From positions 6,313-70,312 of the forward strand of contig CAWBFZ010000010.1 in assembly GCA_963788175.1 (NCBI GenBank): a DNA stretch of 64,000 nt. The letters are read 5' to 3'. The notes beneath the pieces are model-generated. The model ran no database searches and was not told the origin of the DNA. It was given only the letters and a program-made list of their open reading frames with translations. This document shows positions 19,303 through 29,990 of this stretch, one piece after another; the stretch's first letter is position 1; the number at the start of each line of letters is the position of its first letter. The DNA comes from Thermoanaerobaculia bacterium (lineage in GTDB: Bacteria; Acidobacteriota; Thermoanaerobaculia; Multivoradales; JAGPDF01). Position numbers and translations under genes: made by a program.

Positions 19303-22023
19303 ATGATCGGAACGAGGCTCGGCCCCTACGAAATCACCGCCAAGCTCGGCGAAGGCGGCATGGGCGAGGTCTATCGGGCGACCGACACCCGCCTCAAGCG
19401 CGACGTAGCGATCAAGGTCCTGCCCGCCGCCTTCACCGAGGACAAAGAGCGCCTGGCGAGATTCGAGCGCGAAGCGCAGCTCCTCGCCCAGCTCCACCAC
19501 CCGAACATCGCCTCGATCTTCGGGCTCGAGGAGAGCGACGGCGTCAAGGCTCTCGTCATGGAGCTCGTCGAGGGCCGGACGCTCGCCGAACGCCTCGAAT
19601 CGGGTCCTCTTTCCTTTACTGAGAGCTTTTCTTTCGCGCTGCAGATCGCGCAGGCGCTCGAAGAGGCCCACGAGAAAGGGATCGTCCACCGCGATCTCAA
19701 GCCCCAGAACATCAAAGCTTCCAGTGAAGGAAAGATCAAGGTCCTCGACTTCGGGCTGGCCAAAGCGATGGACGCGACCCCCGGTTCGGCTTCCGCGGCC
19801 GACCTCGCGCGCTCGCCGACGATCATGAATTCGCCGACGCTCACCGCGGTGCACGGCACCCAGCTCGGGGTGATCCTGGGAACCGCCGCTTACATGGCAC
19901 CCGAGCAGGCGCGCGGGGTCGCGGTCGACAAGCGCGCCGACATCTGGGGCTTCGGCGTCGTGCTTTTCGAGATGCTCTCCGGCCGGCGGCTGTTCGAGGG
20001 CGAGCTGGTAACCGACGTGCTCGCCAACGTGCTCAAGTCGGAGGTCGACTTCGGCGCCCTGCCAACCGACACGCCGCCGGCGATCCGCACCCTGCTCCGC
20101 CGCTGCCTGGCGCGCAACCCGAGGAACCGCGTGCGCGACATCGGCGATGCGAGGCTCGTCCTCGAGGAGCTGATTGCCGGAAAGTCAGAGGCGCCGGCGA
20201 CAGTGTCGGCATCTGCCGCGTCACTGCCGCCGCGCTCTGCCGCGCGCTTCCTGCCGTGGGCCCTCGCCGCGGGCGGCGCTCTCGCTGCCATCTACTTCGC
20301 CGTCGGCCAGCCGCGCGCGCCGCAGGCCGAACCCGCTCGCCTGATCCGCTTTCAGATCGCGCCACCCGAGTCGTCGACGCCGACGCGCCGCGGCAACAGC
20401 TTCGAGCTTTCGCCGGACGGCCGCTACCTGGCGATGACGGCGGCCGGCGAGCTCTGGGTCCGCGCGCTCGCCTCGGTCTCCTCCCAGCGCATCGCCGGCA
20501 TCAGCGACGCTACCTACCCCTTCTGGTCGCCCGACGCGGCCTGGATCGGCTTCTTCGCCGACGGCCAGTTGAAGAAAGTCCCGCGCGACGGCGGCCAGGC
20601 GCAGAAGATCTGCGATGCGATCGACGGCAGGGGCGCCACCTGGGGCCCCGATGGCGTGATCGTCTATAGCGACGCCCAGGGGAGACGCGGGCTGTGGCGC
20701 GTCGGCGCTCAGGGTGGCACGCCGAAGGCGGTGACGCAGACACCCGCGGGCGAGGTGAATCACGTTCACCGCTACCCTCAGTTCCTGCCGGACGGCCGAA
20801 GCTTCCTCTTCCTCTATCTCGCCGCCTCGCCGGAAGTCGCCGGAACCTATGTCGGCAGCGTCGACGGCAGCCCGCCCGTGCGAGTGCTCGAGAGCGGAGA
20901 CCAGGCGCGATTCGCCGCCGACAGCCCGGGCTCCGCCACCGGGTTTCTACTCTTTCGGCGCGAGAGCACACTGATGGCCCAGCCGTTCGATGCCGGCCGG
21001 AGAATGACCGTGGGCGAGCCGACGGTGGTCGCCGAGGGTGTCGGCACCGCCGTCAACACCGGATCCGGAGCCTTCTCGGTCTCGGCGAGCGGCGTCCTGG
21101 CTTGGAGCAGCACGGAGGCGAGCAGCAGCGAACTCGTCTGGTTCGACCGCTCGGGACAGCGCCTCGCCATGGTGAACTCGGAGATGCGCGAGCTCCAGGG
21201 CCTGGCGCTCGCCCACGGCGACCGCCGGCTCGCCTACGGCACCGGCGAGCCTTCCGACATCTGGGTCCAGTCGCTCCCGGCCGGCGAGCCGTCGCGCTTC
21301 ACCTTCGGTCCGGATCCCGGATGGGCCTACCCGGTCTGGTCTCCGGACGGCAACGACCTCGCCTTCACCACCTGGGATCTCGCCGGGCTCCCTGCGTACG
21401 AGATCCGCCGACGGCGCGCCGACCGCGCGGGTGCCGAAGAGACGCTGATCCGGTCGCACACGACGATCTACCCCTGGGACTGGACGCCGGACGGCCGGGC
21501 GCTGCTCTACGGCAACGGCGAAGACGAGCTCTGGCTCCTGCCGCTCGCCGGCGAACGCAAACCGATGCTCTTCCTGCCCTCCCACGGCAAGCAGGTCTAC
21601 GCGCAGTTCTCGCCCGACGGCCGCCTCCTGGCTTACGCCGGCGAAGTAGAGGGGCGGTCCGAGGTCCTCGTCACGACCGTTCCGCCGAGCGGCGCGCTCT
21701 GGCAAATTTCCACCTACGGTGGTGCCATGCCGCGCTGGCGCCGCGATGGCCGCGAGATTTTCTTCCGCGCCAGCGACGGAACCCTGATGGCCGTCGCCCT
21801 CGGCGCTGGGTCGGGAGCGAGCGCCATCGACGAACGCGCCGCGCCGCGCGCGCTCTTCGCGGGAATTCCGTCGTCCGGGAACACGCCCATCTTCACCTAC
21901 TCACCGGCGGACGACGGAGAGCGTTTTCTCGTCGCCGCGAGCCGGCCAGCGGCGCGCTCGCCGATCACCGTGGCGGTGAACTGGCAGAGCGCGCTCGAGA
22001 AGCGCGCCGGCGGCGGCTCGTGA
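19303..22023 (+). CDS. Ser/Thr kinase-TM-beta-propeller paralog 6
   Basis: MIGTRLGPYEITAKLGEGGMGEVYRATD with the full kinase motif set. The TM segment is FLPWALAAGGALAAIYFAV, followed by PD40 repeats (FWSPDAAWIGFF, FSPDGRLLAYA). Confidence 0.9.
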   Translation: MIGTRLGPYEITAKLGEGGMGEVYRATDTRLKRDVAIKVLPAAFTEDKERLARFEREAQLLAQLHHPNIASIFGLEESDGVKALVMELVEGRTLAERLESGPLSFTESFSFALQIAQALEEAHEKGIVHRDLKPQNIKASSEGKIKVLDFGLAKAMDATPGSASAADLARSPTIMNSPTLTAVHGTQLGVILGTAAYMAPEQARGVAVDKRADIWGFGVVLFEMLSGRRLFEGELVTDVLANVLKSEVDFGALPTDTPPAIRTLLRRCLARNPRNRVRDIGDARLVLEELIAGKSEAPATVSASAASLPPRSAARFLPWALAAGGALAAIYFAVGQPRAPQAEPARLIRFQIAPPESSTPTRRGNSFELSPDGRYLAMTAAGELWVRALASVSSQRIAGISDATYPFWSPDAAWIGFFADGQLKKVPRDGGQAQKICDAIDGRGATWGPDGVIVYSDAQGRRGLWRVGAQGGTPKAVTQTPAGEVNHVHRYPQFLPDGRSFLFLYLAASPEVAGTYVGSVDGSPPVRVLESGDQARFAADSPGSATGFLLFRRESTLMAQPFDAGRRMTVGEPTVVAEGVGTAVNTGSGAFSVSASGVLAWSSTEASSSELVWFDRSGQRLAMVNSEMRELQGLALAHGDRRLAYGTGEPSDIWVQSLPAGEPSRFTFGPDPGWAYPVWSPDGNDLAFTTWDLAGLPAYEIRRRRADRAGAEETLIRSHTTIYPWDWTPDGRALLYGNGEDELWLLPLAGERKPMLFLPSHGKQVYAQFSPDGRLLAYAGEVEGRSEVLVTTVPPSGALWQISTYGGAMPRWRRDGREIFFRASDGTLMAVALGAGSGASAIDERAAPRALFAGIPSSGNTPIFTYSPADDGERFLVAASRPAARSPITVAVNWQSALEKRAGGGS

Positions 22024-22054
22024 CTCACCCACATACTGCGATATTGTCAGCAAC

Positions 22055-22318
22055 ATGAAGACGACCATCGACCTTCCCGACACCCTGCTGGAAGAGGCGC
22101 GGCGCGTCGCTGCGGCGCGCGCGACGACGGTCAAAGCGCTGGTCGAGGCCGGCCTGCGTCGCGAATTGCGCGAACGGTCCCACGCCGCTCCTTTCGAGCT
22201 CCGCGACGAGAGCTTCGCGGGGCGCGGCTTGCGGCCGGAAATCGAGAGCGCCTCCTGGGACCGTTTGCGCGAGCTGGCGTACGGCGGGCGCGGCGCCGCC
22301 GCCAGCACCGAAGAGTGA
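22055..22318 (+). CDS. vapB: VapB-family antitoxin (Rv0623-like)
   Basis: MKTTIDLPDTLLEEARRVAAARATTVKALVEAGLRREL is the canonical N-terminus of this antitoxin family. Its stop overlaps the downstream PIN gene (GTGA). Confidence 0.8.
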   Translation: MKTTIDLPDTLLEEARRVAAARATTVKALVEAGLRRELRERSHAAPFELRDESFAGRGLRPEIESASWDRLRELAYGGRGAAASTEE

Positions 22319-22761
22319 TTGCGCTCGACACCAATCTGCTGGTCTACGCCCACCGCGCCGACTCGACCTGGCACCGGGCGGCGGCGGAGCGCGTCCGCGG
22401 GCTGGCCACGGGGCGCGGCGCCTGGGCGATTCCCTGGCCCTGCGTGCACGAGTTTCTCGCCATCGTGACGCACCCGCGCATCTACGATCCGCCCACTCCG
22501 CTCGCCAAGGCGATCGACCAGGTGAGCGCCTGGCTGGAATCACCGACCCTCGTGCTTCTCCATGAGGGGCACGATCACTGGCCGGTTCTGGGCACGCTCC
22601 TCACCCGGGGCAAGATCGCCGGCCCACAGGTGCACGACGCCCGCGTCGCCGCTCTCTGCCTCTCCCACGGCGTCAGCGAGCTGTGGAGCGCCGACCGCGA
22701 CTTCAATCGCTTCCGCGATCTGATGGTCCGCAACCCGCTGATCGATAGCGAGAGCGCCTGA
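22315..22761 (+). CDS. vapC: VapC PIN-domain toxin
   Basis: MIALDTNLLVYAHRADS... (IALDTNLL PIN N-terminus). The protein is 148 aa and carries the conserved acidic residues. It overlaps vapB by 4 nt. Confidence 0.8.
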   Translation: MIALDTNLLVYAHRADSTWHRAAAERVRGLATGRGAWAIPWPCVHEFLAIVTHPRIYDPPTPLAKAIDQVSAWLESPTLVLLHEGHDHWPVLGTLLTRGKIAGPQVHDARVAALCLSHGVSELWSADRDFNRFRDLMVRNPLIDSESA

Positions 22762-22848
22762 CCACCGGCCCATGACTCGGCTCCGCCCGCGACCGCAAGC
22801 AGCGGTATCCAACGGAGCCGCCCGCGGTCGAGTAGGATCCGCAGCGAA

Positions 22849-25572
<2,724 letters not shown>

Positions 25573-25576
<4 letters not shown>

Positions 25577-28311
25577 TCGGCACCCGCCTCGGCCCCTACG
25601 AGATCACCGCCAAGCTCGGCGAAGGCGGCATGGGCGAGGTCTACCGCGCCACCGACTCGCGCCTCAAGCGCGAGGTGGCGATCAAGGTCCTGCCGGCGGC
25701 GTTCACCGAGGACAGGGAGCGCCTCGCCCGTTTCGAGCGCGAGGCGCAGCTCCTCGCCCAGCTTCACCATCCCAACATCGCTTCGATCTTCGGTCTCGAA
25801 GAGAGCGCCGGCGTCAAGGCTCTGGTCATGGAGCTCGTCGAGGGCCCAACGCTCGCCGAACGCCTCGAATCCGGAGCTTTTTCAATTACTGAAAGCCTTT
25901 CAGCCGCGCTGCAGATCGCCACGGCTCTCGAAGAAGCCCACGACAAGGGCATCATTCATCGCGATCTCAAGCCCCAAAACATAAAGGCTTCCAGTGAAGG
26001 AAGGATCAAAGTCCTCGACTTTGGTTTGGCGAAGGCGATGGATGCGACCGCCAGTGCTGCTTCCGCAGCCAATCTGGCGCGGTCGCCGACACTCATGAAC
26101 TCGCCGACCCTTACCGCCGCGCACGGCACGCAGCTCGGCATGATCCTCGGGACGGCGGCTTACATGGCGCCGGAGCAGGCGCGCGGAAAGCCGGTCGATC
26201 GCCGGGCGGACATCTGGGCCTTCGGCGTCGTCCTCTACGAGATGCTCACTGGCCGGCGTCTGTTCGCCGGCGAGGAGGCGTCGGACATTCTCGCCGCCGT
26301 GATCCGGCAGGAGGTCGATCTCGCGACGCTCCCCGACGAAGTGCCGGCGCGGCTCCGCCGGCTTCTTGCGCGCTGCCTCGACCGCGATCCGAAGGCCCGC
26401 CTGCGCGACATCGGCGAGGCACGAATCGAGATCGACGCGCTGCTGCGCGGCGACAACCTCGGCATGCCGCCGGTTTCCGGCGAGATCGCCAGCGCTCCCG
26501 CCGGGAAGCCGCGGCGCGAACTCCTGGCGTGGTCGCTTGCCGCAGCTCTCGCGGCCACCGCGGCCGGGGTCTGGTTCACGCGCGGTTCCGGAGAAAGGTC
26601 ACCGGCACCCCCCCAGACGATCCGCGCCGTGCTGCCGCTGCCACCCGGCGTGTCGATCGAGCTCGACGGCGAGCGCGCCGGAATGCCGGCGCTCTCCCAC
26701 GACGGGCGGCGAGTCGCGTTCGGCGCGCGACAGGGCACCGGCCCGATGCAGATATGGGTTCAGGAGCTCGAGACCGGTGGGGCCCATCCCCTGCCCGGAA
26801 CCGAAGAGGGCTGCCGCCCCTTCTGGTCACCCGATGACCGGCGGATCGGCTTCTTCACCTGGAGTCACCTCGCGACCACACCCGCCGAGGGCGGAGCCGT
26901 CAATCGCCTTGCCAAAGCGCGTGACGCCCGTGGCGGCACCTGGAGCCGCAACGGTACGATCGTCTTTGCGCCGCATCAGGTGGGCCCACTGCTCGCCATC
27001 GCGGAGCAGGGAGGCGAGGCGCGTCCGGCCACGACTCTGGCGGGAGACCTGCGATCCGGCACTCACCGGTTCCCGCAGTTCCTGCCGGACGGCGAGCACT
27101 TCCTCTATCTGGATCGAACTGCCGCCTATGGACCGGGGAGGAAGGCCGGCGTGACGCTCGCCCGGCTCGGCTCGCCGGAACCGGTTGCACGCCTGCTCGA
27201 GACCGCGACGAACGCCGTTTACGCCGATGGGCACCTCCTCTTCGCCCGGGACGGCGCCCTGTTGGCGCAGCGGTTCGATCCGCAGAAACATCTGCTTTCG
27301 GGCGAGACGCAGACGGTGGTGGGCGACCTGCTCTTCAATCTCCGCTTCACCTACGGCGTCTTCTCGGCGAGCGACCGGGGTCTTCTCGCCTTCCTCACCG
27401 GACACCAGAGCGACCGTTCCCAGCTGATCTGGCGCGACCGCGGCGGCCGCCGCCTGGGCGAGCTCGGAGCACCGGGCATCCTGTCGGGGTTGGGCGGCCT
27501 CGCCCTGTCGCGCGACGGCCGATGGGCGGCGGTATCGCGCATTGAAGAGGGGACGAGCGAGGCCGACATCTGGATCTACGATCTCGTGCGCGGCACCGAG
27601 ACTCGCCTGGCACGCGTCGGGGTTGACGATTTCGGCCCGATCTTCACGCCGGACGGCACCGCCCTCCTCTTCGGCTCGAAGCGGGGCGACGAGCAGGACA
27701 CTGCCGTGGTACGGCGGGACCTGGCGAGCGGAGCGGAGACCGAGGTCCTGCCGAAAGACCAGCGCGAGCTCTTGCCGCAGTCGCTCTCGAGTGACGGGGC
27801 GTGGCTCGTCTACGACCGCAGCGACGGGGGGCGCATCGGCGAGTTCGACGTCCTCGCCCACCCGCTGGCGAACGGCGGCGAGGCGCGGATCCTTGCCAGC
27901 TCGGTGGCGGACGACTCCTCGGGCCAGCTCTCGCCCGACGGCCGCTGGCTCGCCTGGTCCTCCGACGAGTCGGGGCAGTACGAGGTTTACGTCGCCACTT
28001 TTCCGGGCCAGGGGGCGCGGGTCCAGGTCTCCCGCGCCGGCGGTGTGCAGCCACGCTGGAACCCCTCCGGCGGCGAGCTCTTCTTCAAGACCCCGGACAA
28101 CATGTTGACGGCCGTGCCGATCGAGAGTGCCTCCGGCACCTTCTCGGTCGGGTCGCCGGTGCCGCTCTTCCAGATCGTCGAGTTCATGGGCTGGACCTAC
28201 GACGTCACCGCCGACGGCCAGCGCTTCCTGGTGCGCGAGCCGCTCCGGGAGGGCGACGTCTCACCGATCACCCTGCTCACGGAATGGACCCACCGCCTCG
28301 AACGCCGGTGA
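25573..28311 (+). CDS. Ser/Thr kinase-TM-beta-propeller paralog 8 (start overlaps paralog 7 stop, ATGA)
   Basis: MIGTRLGPYEITAKLGEGGMGEVYRATD with kinase motifs. The TM segment is LLAWSLAAALAATAAGVWF. PD40 repeats follow (FWSPDDRRIGFF, LSPDGRWLAWSS). Confidence 0.9.
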
Positions 28312-28332
28312 CCGTCTCCCCCGGCACCCGCC

Positions 28333-28445
28333 GCGAGGACGGCGACACCACCTACGCTGCGATGGAGCTGCTCGACGGCGAGACGCTGCGCGAATGGCTC
28401 ACTTCTGGCGCGCTGCCGGCATGCAAGGCGCTCTCGACACCTCGC
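28333..28445 (+). pseudogene. About 110-nt remnant of a paralog 9-like kinase gene (corresponds to residues ~80-115, TAYAAMELLDGETLRERLTSGPLP)
   Basis: It shares about 90% nucleotide identity with 30221-30330 of the intact kinase at 29991. There is no start codon or kinase N-terminus; it is embedded in a non-coding stretch. Confidence 0.5.
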
Positions 28446-28719
28446 GCTCGCCAAGCGCTGGACCTCCAGCTGCGGGAGGGCGAGAGGGGGGCAACTGCCG
28501 CCGGGCGGGGCCGGAGAACCAGGCGCCTGCACTGAATGAGGAACGTGGACTAGAATGCCGCTCAAGTTTTCGCCAGGGAGCAACCCGACGATGCCTGAAA
28601 GGCCTCGACATGCTTTGCGCCACGATCGCCATCGGCCGATTCGGCTGCCGCAGTCCTCGGATTGCGCCCCGAATCTGGGATTCCAACGCTGCACGAGTTC
28701 AGGACGAGGAAGGGATCAG

Positions 28720-29241
28720 ATGAAACTTCAATGGCAGCGGGCTTTCTTGCTTCTCCTGGTTGCGACGATCGGCTTCGTGCCGGCGCTGCGCGCCGACGTC
28801 TATCACTACGATGGCGTCATTGCCGATGGGGCGCAGTACGACGTCTACACGATCACGCTGCCTCCCCATACGCGAGTCGTCGCCGACCTGGTCTGTGCGC
28901 CGCCCCCCGACAACACTCTGGACACGATCCTCACCATGTTCGCTCCGGGCGTCGACCCTTCGGACCTCGCCAACGCCAGCTATTACAACGACGACGGTGG
29001 CACCGCAACCTGCGGCGGATTTCTCAGCTCTCGCCTGGATGTCATCGTCGCGAGCGGCGGTGACTGGCAGTTCCGGGTCGACGGCTTCGGTTCCGCCATC
29101 GGCGCCTACACGCTCGACATCGCGACCTACAATGCCACCACCATCGCGATCCCCACCCTCGACTCCGCGGGTCTCGTCCTCCTCGTCCTGATGCTGAGCG
29201 GGGCCGCGCTGTTCGTAATGCGCCGCAAGCGCCGCGCCTGA
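28720..29241 (+). CDS. Secreted protein with a beta-sandwich (pre-peptidase-C-terminal-like) domain and an IPTL-CTERM-like C-terminal sorting signal
   Basis: ATG 28720 follows GGAAGGGA. The signal peptide is MKLQWQRAFLLLLVATIGFVPALRA. The C-terminus IPTLDSAGLVLLVLMLSGAALFVMRRKRRA has the IPTL motif, a TM helix and a basic cluster. Confidence 0.65.
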   Translation: MKLQWQRAFLLLLVATIGFVPALRADVYHYDGVIADGAQYDVYTITLPPHTRVVADLVCAPPPDNTLDTILTMFAPGVDPSDLANASYYNDDGGTATCGGFLSSRLDVIVASGGDWQFRVDGFGSAIGAYTLDIATYNATTIAIPTLDSAGLVLLVLMLSGAALFVMRRKRRA

Positions 29242-29283
29242 CCGCACCCGCCCCGGCGAAGCCCTTGCCAGCGGTACGGCTCG

Positions 29284-29305
29284 TGATGCTTATGTTAGCA
29301 TCACC
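29284..29305 (+). promoter_or_regulatory. AT-rich perfect inverted repeat GTGATGCT-N6-AGCATCAC just upstream of the RHH antitoxin start; candidate operator
   Basis: gtgatgct tatgtt agcatcac lies 4 nt before ATG 29309. RHH antitoxins typically autoregulate at such palindromes. Confidence 0.4.
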
Positions 29306-29308
29306 GAG

Positions 29309-29542
29309 ATGAAGAGGACGACGATCTACTTCGATCCCGAGCTCGAGGCGCTGCTCAAGGCCGAGACGCTGCGCCGGAATCAGCCGATGGCGGAGCTCGT
29401 CCGCGAAGCCGTTCGTGAGTACATCATCCGCCACCGGCCTGACTCGCCGCCGGGTGCGGGCGAGTTCGCCAGCGGGCGCTCCGACACGGCCGATCGATGC
29501 GAGGAGGTTCTCACCGCAACCGGCTTCGGAACGAGTCGCTGA
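29309..29542 (+). CDS. Ribbon-helix-helix (CopG-like) antitoxin
   Basis: MKRTTIYFDPELEALLKAETLRRNQPMAELVREAVREYI has the RHH-antitoxin pattern. The protein is 77 aa and sits immediately upstream of a PIN gene. Confidence 0.75.
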   Translation: MKRTTIYFDPELEALLKAETLRRNQPMAELVREAVREYIIRHRPDSPPGAGEFASGRSDTADRCEEVLTATGFGTSR

Positions 29543-29977
29543 GTGGCAGTTCTCCTCGACAGCGGGATTCTCTATGCCTACTATGACCGCAGCGACCGCT
29601 GGCACCGGGCGGCGGTCGAGCTGATCACCGCCGAGGCGGGTCGTCTCCTCCTGCCCTCACCGGTCGTGCCCGAGGTCGATCACCTGCTCGGAACCCGGCT
29701 GGGGAGAGCGGCAAGGCTGCAGTTCTACCGCGGACTCGTCGAAGCGAGCTTCCTGCTCGTCGACCTTCCGCAGGAACGCGTGGCCCGCCTTCGCGAAATC
29801 GACGAGCAGTTCTCCGCGCTCGATCTCGGCTTCGTCGACAGCGCACTGGTGGCCCTGACCGAGACTACAGGCGTGAAACGCATCGCCACCGCCGATCGCC
29901 GACACTTCGAGCCGCTCGCCCGCGCGTTCGACCTGACCCTCGTGCCCACTCCGCCCGAGGCGGAGGCGCGCCAGTGA
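29543..29977 (+). CDS. PIN-domain toxin (VapC-like), GTG start adjacent to the antitoxin stop
   Basis: (V)AVLLDSGILYAYYDRSDRWH... with later acidic residues (LGFVDSALVAL, ATADRRHF). The protein is 144 aa. Confidence 0.75.
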   Translation: MAVLLDSGILYAYYDRSDRWHRAAVELITAEAGRLLLPSPVVPEVDHLLGTRLGRAARLQFYRGLVEASFLLVDLPQERVARLREIDEQFSALDLGFVDSALVALTETTGVKRIATADRRHFEPLARAFDLTLVPTPPEAEARQ

Positions 29978-29990
29978 TTGCCGATTCCAG

